In this document: positions 1 through 10,732 of the stretch, in pieces | Numbering within the stretch: position 1 is the stretch's first letter | How the letters are laid out: the number at the start of each line of letters is the position of its first letter | NCBI GenBank assembly: GCA_039648975.1 | Contig: JBBWZK010000135.1 | Location: 753-64,752, forward strand | Length of the DNA stretch: 64,000 nucleotides | Reading direction: 5' to 3' | Source: Blastocatellia bacterium | GTDB lineage: Bacteria > Acidobacteriota > Blastocatellia > UBA7656 | Made by a program: the position numbers and the translations under genes | The notes under the pieces: generated by a model | Databases searched by the model: none | The model's input: the letters and a program-made list of their open reading frames with translations, nothing else | Told to the model about the DNA's origin: nothing

Positions 1-1664
1 CGCTCGTTCAGCATGGGGTCGCGCTGATACAGTTGCGCATCGGTTTCCCAGTGGCGCAGGTCTTCGAGAAAAGCGTCTACCTGACCGCGCGCCGCCGTCA
101 TCGTCTCTGGATAAACGGTGTTGAGATAATCGTAATACCACGAGCGCCGCAGTTGCTGTATATCCATCGCGACCACGTCTTTTCTGAGGCCCTCGACTTC
201 GCGCAGGTAAAGCAGCGGCGAGTAAACTTGCCAGTCGTCCGTCAGCAGCAAGCCTTTCGGCTCCATCGTCTTCAGGATATTCTCGACATAATCGCGGGCA
301 ATAAAATAGGAATGGCGATTATTAAAGTCAAAGTTGCCGGCCACCGCGATTGCCGGAACCAGCAGCGCCACGATTATCGCGATGCTCATTGCCACCTTCA
401 CAGGCAGTCGCGGATTGCGCAGCTTATTGAGGAGCCAGGCGAGGCCATAGCCTGCGGCAATCGCTAAGGTCAGGAACGTCGGCAGGTAATAAGCGTCTTT
501 GTCTTCGGCAATTTCGTAATTCAGCGCCCAGGTCATATCAAAGATGATGACCAGAACGAAACACCAGAACAGCGTCCGGTCACGCTTGAAGATGGCGACC
601 AGTCCGGTGATCGCCATCAACAGGGCGAGCGGCAGCCAGACGAAACCAAACTCGCGCCCGGCCAGTGTAAGAAATACTTTGAACTGTCTGCCGATGATCT
701 GCGGCGAGAACTCGAAAAAGGTCTGGTACTGTTTCCCTGTAACGTGCCACCAGAGCCTTTCCAGCGTGCGCGGATCGCCCCAGTTCATCAGCGGCCTGGC
801 GCTCGCCGCAAGCGGCAGGCACAGGTAAACGGCAAGTCCTGCGAATGCGAACAGCGCCGCTTTGAGCAATCGCTTGCTGGCAAAAAAACCGAAGCCTTCC
901 GTAGCGAAAACAAGATAGGCAAATGCCGGAAGCGTCACGGCGACGCTGATGTGATGCACGCCCATTGCCAGCCCGAAGACCAGGGCTGCGCCGTAGAGCC
1001 AGCGGTCGTGCCGGCTGGCTCGGTCGCCGCTGCGTATCGCCTTGCTGCTCTTGACTCGCTCGTCGAGGATGCGCCGCCGCCAGCCGAACATCAGGAAAAA
1101 GATGACGACGATGAGCAGCGTATTCAACGTATAAACTTCGGTAATCGTCGCGTAAGCCCAGAGCGTCCGCGAGAAGGCAAACAGCAGCCCGGCCAGAATG
1201 CAGGGCGCAATGGCGATTACCCATCGCTCGACGCGGCTGGCGTGGTCTGCGCTGCGCTCTATGCCTGTAGATGGCTTCTTCGCTTTGCGCTCGGCCTTTT
1301 TGGATTTGTCTTTGATGAAGGGCAGGGCGTCGAAGCTCAACAGCATTTCCGCAAGCACCAGCGTCAGCATGGCGGCGGCAAGCGCCGCAAACAACGCCGA
1401 GGCGAAATTGACGCGCGCCGCGACCGAGCCGATTGGCAGCCACGTGAAGGCGTGCGCCAATAGCACGTATAGAGGAAATCCCGGCGGATGCGCGACGCCG
1501 AACGTCTTAGCCGCAAGCGCCAGTTCACCGCTATCGACGAGCGTCACCGTCGGCGCTAGCGTCGAAAGGTAAAGTGTAATTGCCGCTATAAAGACGAAAG
1601 CGGCGCAGATCATGCGAACCCTGACAGAGGCGAGCGGGCTGGCGGCTGGCGTTGGCGCAGTCAT
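1..1664 (-). CDS. DUF2723-type polytopic membrane glycosyltransferase (GT117/TMEM260-like); C-terminus lies beyond the left edge
   Basis: Absent from the ORF track because it runs off the window. Hand translation of the minus strand from ATG 1664 gives MTAPTPAASPLASVRVRMICAAFVFIAAITLYLSTLAPTVTLVDSGELALAAKTFGVAHPPGFPLYVLLAHAF... The stretches I translated (1664 to ~1300 and 59 to 3) are stop-free. The DSGEL...HPPGFPLY N-terminal block and many hydrophobic segments fit DUF2723. ATGA start/stop overlap with the upstream gene at 1661-1664. Track ORFs 580..1443(-) and 744..1463(+) are Arg/Ala-rich shadow frames. Confidence 0.7.
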   Translation of the reverse strand, partial: MTAPTPAASPLASVRVRMICAAFVFIAAITLYLSTLAPTVTLVDSGELALAAKTFGVAHPPGFPLYVLLAHAFTWLPIGSVAARVNFASALFAALAAAMLTLVLAEMLLSFDALPFIKDKSKKAERKAKKPSTGIERSADHASRVERWVIAIAPCILAGLLFAFSRTLWAYATITEVYTLNTLLIVVIFFLMFGWRRRILDERVKSSKAIRSGDRASRHDRWLYGAALVFGLAMGVHHISVAVTLPAFAYLVFATEGFGFFASKRLLKAALFAFAGLAVYLCLPLAASARPLMNWGDPRTLERLWWHVTGKQYQTFFEFSPQIIGRQFKVFLTLAGREFGFVWLPLALLMAITGLVAIFKRDRTLFWCFVLVIIFDMTWALNYEIAEDKDAYYLPTFLTLAIAAGYGLAWLLNKLRNPRLPVKVAMSIAIIVALLVPAIAVAGNFDFNNRHSYFIARDYVENILKTMEPKGLLLTDDWQVYSPLLYLREVEGLRKDVVAMDIQQLRRSWYYDYLNTVYPETMTAARGQVDAFLEDLRHWETDAQLYQRDPMLNE

Positions 1665-2410
1665 CCTTTCTTCGTCACTCTCTTGTAGCTGGTGAAGTGG
1701 GCTTTCACAACAACGCGGGTCGAATACTTGCCCATGCGAACGCTGTCATCGGCGGCGACAAAGGCGGGAAACCAGAACTGCTCGACATTCTGAAAAATGG
1801 TTTCAAACTTCGGCGTGCGATGCGCGCTCTGTTCGGGCAGGGCTTCGCCGGCGACTTTGACGACGCACATATCCTGATCATCAATCCAGACGCGGCCTCG
1901 CAGGTAACGTTCGCTGCTCTTGTCCGGATCGGGTAATTTGATCTTCGGCTTCACGTCGAAGACATACGTATTCAACTCGTCGACGCGCTCGCGCCCGATA
2001 TAGGTGAATTCGTAATCATTCAGAGTTTCAGGCGAGATGATGAATTGATAGACCCGCGTCAAATTGTTCGCCGCGTTCGTGCCGATGTGCATCTCGTCCG
2101 GCAGCGTCGAGGTATTCTCAAGAATGCGCTCCTGCCGCTTGCCTGTCGGGTCAAAAGAGATTTGCGAGAAGCGATAAAACTTGCCGGTAATCGTATCGCT
2201 CTGGCTGACGGTTTGAATCGTCAACTCGGCATAGTAAGTATACTCGCGCAGCGCCGCCAACAGCGATTTGCCTTTCTCGGCGCTCGCTGCAAGAATCTCG
2301 GTCGGCGTTGGTTTAGCCGTTGCCTGTGCGTGTGCCGCGCCGCCGAGCCTTGCCGTCGCGGCCAGCGCGACTGCTGCCATAAGCAAGGCAGCGCACAAGC
2401 GCGCGCGCAT
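1661..2410 (-). CDS. secreted protein, paralog 1 of 3 (LolA-like / lipoprotein-sorting-like fold suspected)
   Basis: Track ORF 1661..2443. I prefer ATG 2410 (MRARLCAALLMAAVALAATARLGGAAHAQ, signal-peptide-like) over GTG 2443. It shares the blocks VDELNTYVF.VKPK, GR(V/I)W(I/V)DD.D..VVKV.G.A.P, (F)P.FE and Y/FKRV/F with the next two ORFs. The fold guess comes from memory of similar annotations and is unverified. Confidence 0.6.
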   Translation of the reverse strand: MRARLCAALLMAAVALAATARLGGAAHAQATAKPTPTEILAASAEKGKSLLAALREYTYYAELTIQTVSQSDTITGKFYRFSQISFDPTGKRQERILENTSTLPDEMHIGTNAANNLTRVYQFIISPETLNDYEFTYIGRERVDELNTYVFDVKPKIKLPDPDKSSERYLRGRVWIDDQDMCVVKVAGEALPEQSAHRTPKFETIFQNVEQFWFPAFVAADDSVRMGKYSTRVVVKAHFTSYKRVTKKG

Positions 2411-2439
2411 TGGTTGGCGGTTGATCTGCGGCTGGTTGC

Positions 2440-3198
2440 TCACTTCTTATTCTTCACGCGCTTGAAATTGCTGTAATTGATCTTCATGCGAACGGGCAGA
2501 TCGTAGCGCGGGAAATCGAGCACGTCATCGGCCATGACCATGGCGGGCAGCCATATGCCGCTGTCGACGTTTTCGCGATAACACTCGAACTTCGGAAATC
2601 GCGCGCGGTCTTCTTTAACGGTGACGGCGCGGCCCTCGATTTTGACGATCTCATAGTCCTGTTCATCAATCCAAACTTTGCCGGCGAACAGATGCTCGCC
2701 CTTGTCGCGCAGTTGCGCCGCCGTTTTTGCGTCTGCCGGCTGCAAGGCGAAGACCAGGGTTTGCAGTTCATCGAGTTTTTGGCGCTCGACAAATTTCACC
2801 GCATAAAGCGGCAGCGTGGTTGTCGTCAGGAAGAACGGCTCGACGCCAAGCAGGTTTTTGAAATCCACCTGCAACAGACCGAGCGCCGCCACCAGATTTG
2901 ACGGCGGATATTCAAGAATTTTTTCAACGCGCTTGCCGAGATCGTCATAGGTTACCTCGGAGACGCGATGCAATTGCGCGCGCACGGTGCCGGCTTCGCC
3001 TATCGCCTGAACCAGAATCTCTTGCCGGTAGGTGAAGTTACTTTCAGCCAGCTTCAGTTGTGCTTCATTGGCAATCGCGCGTTTCAGCGCCTCGTCCGGC
3101 GACAGCGCCGCGCGCGTTTGCGCAAGCCCCTGCGCGCCAGAGAGAAAAAACACCGACGACAAAAAGAGAAGCGCTGAACGCCGGGACATGATCATCAT
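2440..3198 (-). CDS. secreted protein, paralog 2 of 3
   Basis: Track ORF of 252 aa. N-terminus MMIMSRRSALLFLSSVFFLSGAQGLAQ looks like a signal peptide. Collinear similarity to 1661..2410 and 3377..4270 (LDELQTLVF, GKVWIDEQDYEIVKIEGRAV, FPKFECYRENVD, NFKRV). Exact start among the first Met codons is uncertain. Confidence 0.65.
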   Translation of the reverse strand: MMIMSRRSALLFLSSVFFLSGAQGLAQTRAALSPDEALKRAIANEAQLKLAESNFTYRQEILVQAIGEAGTVRAQLHRVSEVTYDDLGKRVEKILEYPPSNLVAALGLLQVDFKNLLGVEPFFLTTTTLPLYAVKFVERQKLDELQTLVFALQPADAKTAAQLRDKGEHLFAGKVWIDEQDYEIVKIEGRAVTVKEDRARFPKFECYRENVDSGIWLPAMVMADDVLDFPRYDLPVRMKINYSNFKRVKNKK

Positions 3199-3321
3199 TC
3201 GTCTCGCATTGAAGGAAGTATGGAGCGCGTATTACTTATCATTTCAGCGTGATTCTTTCAAGCGCCAGAGCCAGATGATGGCGGGCGGCAGACGCCCGAT
3301 TGTCCGGCGTAAGCGCAGATG

Positions 3322-3353
3322 AAAAGAAGAGGAGCAAGCCGCTCCTCTTCTTC
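3322..3353 (-). terminator. putative intrinsic terminator after paralog 3
   Basis: gaagaggagc (3326-3335) / gctcctcttc (3341-3350) form a perfect 10-bp stem with a 5-nt loop. On the minus-strand RNA the stem runs into a U-rich stretch (CUUCUUUUC). It sits 25 nt downstream of the stop at 3377. Confidence 0.5.
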
Positions 3354-3376
3354 ACTGTAGACAAATGATCGACAGA

Positions 3377-4270
3377 TCAAGGCCGGTCGCCGGGGCGCTT
3401 CAGTTTCGGCGTCGGCTCCTGGTCCTGTGCCGGTGGCTTAGTCGGAGTTGGCGCGGGCTTAGTCTTGTCGGTGGCTTTCGTGTCATCTTCATTGGTGACA
3501 TCGCCCTCATCGAGAACCCGAATTCTGCCGCCGAACCGTTTATAATTCGTGAAGCGCACCGTCATTCGCATGTGAACGCTCGGGCCTTTTTTGAAATCCA
3601 GCACGTCGTCAGCGTAAATGTAAGTTGGAAACCAATACCGTCCGTCGATATTCTCGCGGTAGCTTTCAAAGTGCGGAAACTTTTGATTGCCGACTTCAGG
3701 AACCGCTTGTCCCTGAACTTTAACAACCTGCAAGTCTCGGTCGTCAACCCAGATGCGTCCTTCAAAATAACGCTCGCCTTTAGTGAACTGCTTCGGCTTG
3801 ACGTTAAAGACGTAGGTATTCAATTCATCGACCTTCTCCTTGCCGACATAATCGATCTGGTACTTCGGCAAGTCTTCGGTCGTCAGCGCGAACGGCTGCA
3901 CGCCGGCAAGGTCGCGCATATCTTCGGCAGTCAATTCCAGACCATCTCCGAGATGAGGCGGGGGAAAGTAGGTAATCTTCTCGATACGATTGCCGAGATC
4001 GTCATAGACAATCTCTGAGACGCGCTTGAAGCGACCCGTGATCGAGTCGGCAGCGCCCAGCGTCAACACGTCAAAATCCTGCACGAAGGTGTAGTTGTTG
4101 CGCGCGATCTTATTCTCGCTCTCGGCGGCGGCGAAGCGGCGAATGACATTGGCGATGTCATCTGATACAACCGACTTTGCCGGCTGCGCGACTGCCTTGG
4201 TCTGTTGCGCTAAAGCCGCCGGGCAACAGACCGCAAGCATCAAAAATACCGGAATCAATCTTCTTCTCAT
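3377..4270 (-). CDS. secreted protein, paralog 3 of 3, with C-terminal Pro/Thr/Lys-rich tail
   Basis: Track ORF 3377..4441. I trimmed it to ATG 4270 (MRRRLIPVFLMLAVCCPAALAQ signal peptide, AGGAG 6-10 nt upstream). Same conserved blocks as paralogs 1 and 2 (VDELNTYVFNVKPK, GRIWVDDRDLQVVKVQGQAVP, FPHFESYRENID, NYKRF). Unique tail ...TKATDKTKPAPTPTKPPAQDQEPTPKLKRPGDRP. Confidence 0.7.
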   Translation of the reverse strand: MRRRLIPVFLMLAVCCPAALAQQTKAVAQPAKSVVSDDIANVIRRFAAAESENKIARNNYTFVQDFDVLTLGAADSITGRFKRVSEIVYDDLGNRIEKITYFPPPHLGDGLELTAEDMRDLAGVQPFALTTEDLPKYQIDYVGKEKVDELNTYVFNVKPKQFTKGERYFEGRIWVDDRDLQVVKVQGQAVPEVGNQKFPHFESYRENIDGRYWFPTYIYADDVLDFKKGPSVHMRMTVRFTNYKRFGGRIRVLDEGDVTNEDDTKATDKTKPAPTPTKPPAQDQEPTPKLKRPGDRP

Positions 4271-4457
4271 TGCACATCTCCTGCTCAAGCATTCATCTAA
4301 TTTTAACGGTCTCTTGCTGAACCGCACAAGACGGGCTGAAGGTTTCGAGGGAATTGGATGTTTTGCGGCTGCCCTGGCGTTGGCAGGGTTGGCAGAAGTG
4401 ATCTTGGAAAATCGCGCAATCGTTACTCCACTGGAGAGCAAACAAATTCAGTGCGGA

Positions 4458-5129
4458 TTATTTCTTGCCAAACAAATGTCCCACCGAGTTAAACACATCT
4501 GTATAAAAATTACCGCCGATTTCGCGGACGATCTCGAATGGTAAACCGGGCGCACCAAAAAACGGTCTTAGCGTCCAGGCCAGTTGCGTCCCTACAAAAG
4601 CAAACAGCAGCAGCCAGAATCTGAGGAACATACGCCGGGACTGCATCGACTGTGAGCTATCTTCGGATAGCTGCACATACATGCGGTTGAAAAAGAGAAC
4701 GCCCAACAGGCCGGCAACCGCGAAAAATGCAACATTAAGAATCTTGAAAAACTGATAATTATGGGTTGTCACAATAAAAAATAGAGTGATTGGGGCAAAG
4801 CCGACCAGGGCCAGGCTAATGATGGTGCTACCTGTCGACAGCAAGACCAGGGTTTGCAGAACGGTCCGTTTGGAGCCGAAGAAAGAACTGAAGATGAACA
4901 GGGTCGGCATGCAAATGGCGGCGGTCAGCAAAAACAATATAGGCAGTTTGAAGCAAGACGAAACGGCTTGCAGCAGGCTGTGCTGGCTGCCGATAATCGC
5001 GCCGTACACACCGAATGAGGTAGCGGCAATTGCATTGAGATCAAGCAGTTTTCGTTTCAGGCCGAGCCCCTCTGCGATCTCCTTCACAAAGGCATCGCGA
5101 TCCTGGAGTATTGAAATAAGAGCCTTCAT
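4458..5129 (-). CDS. hypothetical polytopic membrane protein (about 5-6 TM segments)
   Basis: Track ORF of 223 aa with no competing ORF. Several long hydrophobic stretches (LPILFLLTAAICMPTLFIF, LVLLSTGSTIISLALVGFAPITLFFIV, ILNVAFFAVAGLLGVLFF, FLRFWLLLFAFVGTQLAW). AT-richer than its neighbours. Family not recognised. Confidence 0.6.
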   Translation of the reverse strand: MKALISILQDRDAFVKEIAEGLGLKRKLLDLNAIAATSFGVYGAIIGSQHSLLQAVSSCFKLPILFLLTAAICMPTLFIFSSFFGSKRTVLQTLVLLSTGSTIISLALVGFAPITLFFIVTTHNYQFFKILNVAFFAVAGLLGVLFFNRMYVQLSEDSSQSMQSRRMFLRFWLLLFAFVGTQLAWTLRPFFGAPGLPFEIVREIGGNFYTDVFNSVGHLFGKK

Positions 5130-5546
5130 AGACGCACCACCTGCAATGAATTGGGCAACCGGTCTAACCGCTGCCTGATCGGACGAAAAGGCGCATGGGC
5201 ATACGCACGTTCCGCCCTATAAGCCTGCGGCGCTTTCTCTACTTTGCTAATTTCCTGCGATGTACCGCAAAGCTGATTCGCTTCTGCGGCTCAACCCTGA
5301 AGGGCTTACACGGAAACCCGCCTGGCGCGTAGGTTATATCATTGCGGGAATGAGAAGTCTAGCAGTCCGCCCGCGCATCAAGGCACGGCAGTCAACATGT
5401 GCGCTGCTAACCGAGCTTGGATTCTTTTTGACACATATGTTTCTATAAACATTGCGTCCCTACTGCACTGGCCAAAGGCCGAGGGAACGATAGCGACGCG
5501 CAGTTGCCCATATTGACTGAGACGCAGGCCAGGTTTTGGAGATCTA

Positions 5547-7739
<2,193 letters not shown>

Positions 7740-7772
7740 GCTCGCAGTAAAGCAATAAAGACTACAGAGGAT

Positions 7773-9074
7773 ATGATGGCAAAACAATTTGAGATTGATG
7801 ATGAATTCATTGCTGATGAGAATCGCAAAGCCCATGCGTGGGTCGAAGAAGATTACGAGCATCTCGCCCGTGTGCTGCGGCGCAGGAATATAGAGATCGA
7901 AGACCTCACGGCCCGTGCGCAGGCGTTTCGAGTTGCCGTGCCGTCGTGGGGCGTCGGCACGGGCGGGACACGCTTTGCGCGATTTCCTGGCCTGGGCGAG
8001 CCGCGCGACATTTATGAGAAGCTCGAAGACTGCGCCGCGATCTTCAAGCTGGCGCGCGCGACGCCCGCCATATCGCTGCACATCCCCTGGGACAAGCCGG
8101 ATGACGCCGCCCAGTTGCGCGAGTTCGCCACGGAGCGCGGCCTGCACTTTGACGCGATGAACTCGAACACCTTTCAGGATCAGCCCTGGCAAAAACTCTC
8201 ATACAAGTTCGGCAGTCTCACGCACCCTGACCGGGAGGTGCGCCGCCAGGCCATCGAACACAACCTCGAATGTATCGAGATCGGCAAGCTGCTGGGCTCG
8301 AAAGCGCACACCGTGTGGATTGGCGATGGCGGCAACTTTCCCGGGCAGATGCACTTTCGCCGCGCGCTTGAGCGCTATCTCGAAAGCCTTGGCGAAATCT
8401 ACGCGGCGCTGCCAGACGACTGGCGCGTCTTCATTGAGCACAAATTATACGAGCCGGCTTTCTACTCAACGGTGATCAACGATTGGGGGACGAGCTATTA
8501 CTGCGCACGCGAACTGGGGCCAAAGGCCGCTTGCCTGGTTGACCTCGGCCACCATGCGCCGAACGTCAACATCGAGATGATCGTCGCCCGCTTGATTCAA
8601 TTCGGTAAGCTGGCGGGCTTTCATTTCAACGACAGCAAGTATGGCGACGACGATCTGGATGCCGGCTCGATCAAGCCGTTCCAGCTCTTCCTGATCTTCA
8701 ACGAACTGGTAGATGCCGAGTTGAATCAAGTGCCCGGCTTCGACCCGGCTTATATGCTGGATCAGTCGCACAACGTCACAGACCCTATCGAGTCCCTGAT
8801 GATGAGCGCCGGCGAACTCACGCGCGCTTACGTGCAGGCGCACCTCGTTGACCGGCAGGCATTGCAGGAAGCGCAGGAGAAGTGTGACGCGTTGATGGCG
8901 CTGGCGACGCTGAAGCAAGCCTTCACCGCCGATGTCACACCGATACTGGCCGTGGCACGTGAACGTGCGGGCGGCGCGATTGATCCAATCGGCACGTACC
9001 GCAAGAGCGGCTATCGCCAGCAGAAGGCCGAAGAGCGACCGGCGCAAGTGGGCATCGCCGCCGGCATCGTTTGA
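7773..9074 (+). CDS. rhaI: L-rhamnose isomerase, TIM-barrel (Rhizobium/Pseudomonas stutzeri type)
   Basis: 433 aa. The block AVPSWGVGTGGTRFARFPGLGEPRDIYEKLED and the length match the xylose-isomerase-like L-RhI family as I remember it. Flanked by the aldolase and kinase genes. Confidence 0.8.
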   Translation: MMAKQFEIDDEFIADENRKAHAWVEEDYEHLARVLRRRNIEIEDLTARAQAFRVAVPSWGVGTGGTRFARFPGLGEPRDIYEKLEDCAAIFKLARATPAISLHIPWDKPDDAAQLREFATERGLHFDAMNSNTFQDQPWQKLSYKFGSLTHPDREVRRQAIEHNLECIEIGKLLGSKAHTVWIGDGGNFPGQMHFRRALERYLESLGEIYAALPDDWRVFIEHKLYEPAFYSTVINDWGTSYYCARELGPKAACLVDLGHHAPNVNIEMIVARLIQFGKLAGFHFNDSKYGDDDLDAGSIKPFQLFLIFNELVDAELNQVPGFDPAYMLDQSHNVTDPIESLMMSAGELTRAYVQAHLVDRQALQEAQEKCDALMALATLKQAFTADVTPILAVARERAGGAIDPIGTYRKSGYRQQKAEERPAQVGIAAGIV

Positions 9075-9078
9075 GGAA

Positions 9079-9166
9079 GGGGCTAGGGGCTAGGGGCTAG
9101 GGACTAGAGAGCAGAGGTTAGAGGTTAGTCCGGCCTGCCAGCCCCTAGCCCCTAGCCTCTAGCCTC
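9079..9166 (+). repeat. tandem heptamer array (GGGGCTA x3 decaying to GGGACTA GAGAGCA GAGGTTA GAGGTTA) plus downstream complementary C-rich arm; G4 motif and 17-bp hairpin
   Basis: Read directly. G-tracts at 9079-9082, 9086-9089, 9093-9096 and 9100-9102 are separated by CTA. ggctaggggctaggggc (9081-9097) is the exact reverse complement of gcccctagcccctagcc (9141-9157). The whole element fills the rhaI-kinase intergenic gap. Confidence 0.8.
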
Positions 9167-9169
9167 TTT

Positions 9170-10657
9170 ATGACGGAATCGCTATACATCGCGGTTGATC
9201 TTGGCGCAGGCAGCGGGCGTGTGTTCTTGGCTGGTGTCGAGCCGCAGGAGGCGCTGCTCGAAGAGGTGCGCCGCTTCCATTACCCGCCGCGCCGTTCCGC
9301 AGGGCATCTGCGCTGGGATTTGTCGCACATCTTCGCCGAGATCAAGGCCGGACTACGCGCCGCAGGCGAGCGAGCGCGACAACTTGGACGAAGGGTTGCG
9401 AGCCTTGGCGTTGATAGCTGGGGCGTCGATTACGGGCTGATTGATGGGAATGGCGAGGTTATCGAAGACCCTATCTGCTACCGCGATGAACGGACAGGAG
9501 GAATGATTGAACGAGTTGCCTCGCGATTGCCGTGCGCAGAGATTTATGCCCGTACAGGGATTCAGTTGCTCGACTTCAACACCCTCTTTCAACTCTGTGC
9601 GCATAGAGAGGCGGGCATTCCACCAACGGCGACGCGGCTGCTATTGATTCCCGATCTGCTCAACTTCTTGCTCACAGGCCGTGCCGTCACGGAATACACC
9701 AATGCTACGACGACACAACTCATCAACGCGGAGACCGGCGGCTGGGATCGAAGCTTGATCAGCTTGCTTGATTTGCCTGAGTATTGGTTTGCTGACCTCG
9801 TTCAACCAGGCACGGCACTCGGCCCGCTGAAGCCTGAACTAGCCACTGAACTGCAACTCGACGGCGTAAGGGTCGTCGCCCCGGCTACACATGACACAGC
9901 GAGCGCCGTGGCCGGCGCGCCGCTCGAAGACGGCTGGGCTTATATCTCTTCCGGCACATGGTCACTGGTCGGTGTCGAGCGCGACGGCGTGCTTATCAAC
10001 GCCGAAGCCGCGCGTCACAACTTCACGAATGAAGGCGGCGCTTTCGGCACCTTCAGGTTTCTCAAGAATGTCTGCGGTCTGTGGCTGCTTGAATCATGCC
10101 GTAAGGAATGGGCGGCGCAGGGCATCGCCGTCGATTACGATAGCCTGCTCGCGCAGGTCGCCGCCATTGAAGATGAGTCGGGATTGATCTTTCCCGATGA
10201 TCGGCGCTTCTTCAATCCGTCGAGCATGCTAACGGCGATAGCCGAACAGATGGCCGAAAGTAATCAGCCTTACTTCGACGCGCCAGCCGTCGTGGCCAGG
10301 GTCGTTCTCGATTCGCTGGCGCTGCGCTATGCCTCCGTGCTTCATACTATCGAGAAGCTCACCGCGCGAAAGATCGACGGCGTGCAGATTGTCGGCGGCG
10401 GCAGCCGCAACGATTATCTCAATCAAGCGACGGCAACGGCGACTGGCAAGCCTGTGCTGGCCGGGCCTGTAGAGGCGACCGTCACCGGCAATGTGCTGGT
10501 GCAGGCGATTGCCGCCGGTCGCTTCGCGTCATTGATCGATGCGCGGCGGCATATCGCGGAGAATCTGCGGCTGAAGCAGTTTCTGCCTCGACCTTCGGCG
10601 ATTTGGGAAAGACAGGTGCGGCGCTACGCGGCAATCGAAGCGCGCTATGTGAATTGA
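9170..10657 (+). CDS. rhaB: rhamnulokinase (FGGY carbohydrate kinase)
   Basis: 495 aa. N-terminal AVDLGAGSGRV, C-terminal IVGGGSRNDYLNQ, FGGY-type length, rhamnose-cluster context. Confidence 0.8.
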   Translation: MTESLYIAVDLGAGSGRVFLAGVEPQEALLEEVRRFHYPPRRSAGHLRWDLSHIFAEIKAGLRAAGERARQLGRRVASLGVDSWGVDYGLIDGNGEVIEDPICYRDERTGGMIERVASRLPCAEIYARTGIQLLDFNTLFQLCAHREAGIPPTATRLLLIPDLLNFLLTGRAVTEYTNATTTQLINAETGGWDRSLISLLDLPEYWFADLVQPGTALGPLKPELATELQLDGVRVVAPATHDTASAVAGAPLEDGWAYISSGTWSLVGVERDGVLINAEAARHNFTNEGGAFGTFRFLKNVCGLWLLESCRKEWAAQGIAVDYDSLLAQVAAIEDESGLIFPDDRRFFNPSSMLTAIAEQMAESNQPYFDAPAVVARVVLDSLALRYASVLHTIEKLTARKIDGVQIVGGGSRNDYLNQATATATGKPVLAGPVEATVTGNVLVQAIAAGRFASLIDARRHIAENLRLKQFLPRPSAIWERQVRRYAAIEARYVN

Positions 10658-10732
10658 CCCAAAGCCATGCGACTCGCTTTATTCATCACCGGCCCGTAGA
10701 AGTTTAGGTCATCAGAATTGAAGGGTGAGAAC

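Noticed and set aside
580-1463. ORFs 580..1443(-) of 287 aa and 744..1463(+) of 239 aa as the genes of the left edge
   Set aside because: Both are Arg/Ala/Gln-rich and featureless. A third frame on the minus strand encodes a convincing DUF2723 membrane protein across this region. It is missing from the track only because it runs off the window.
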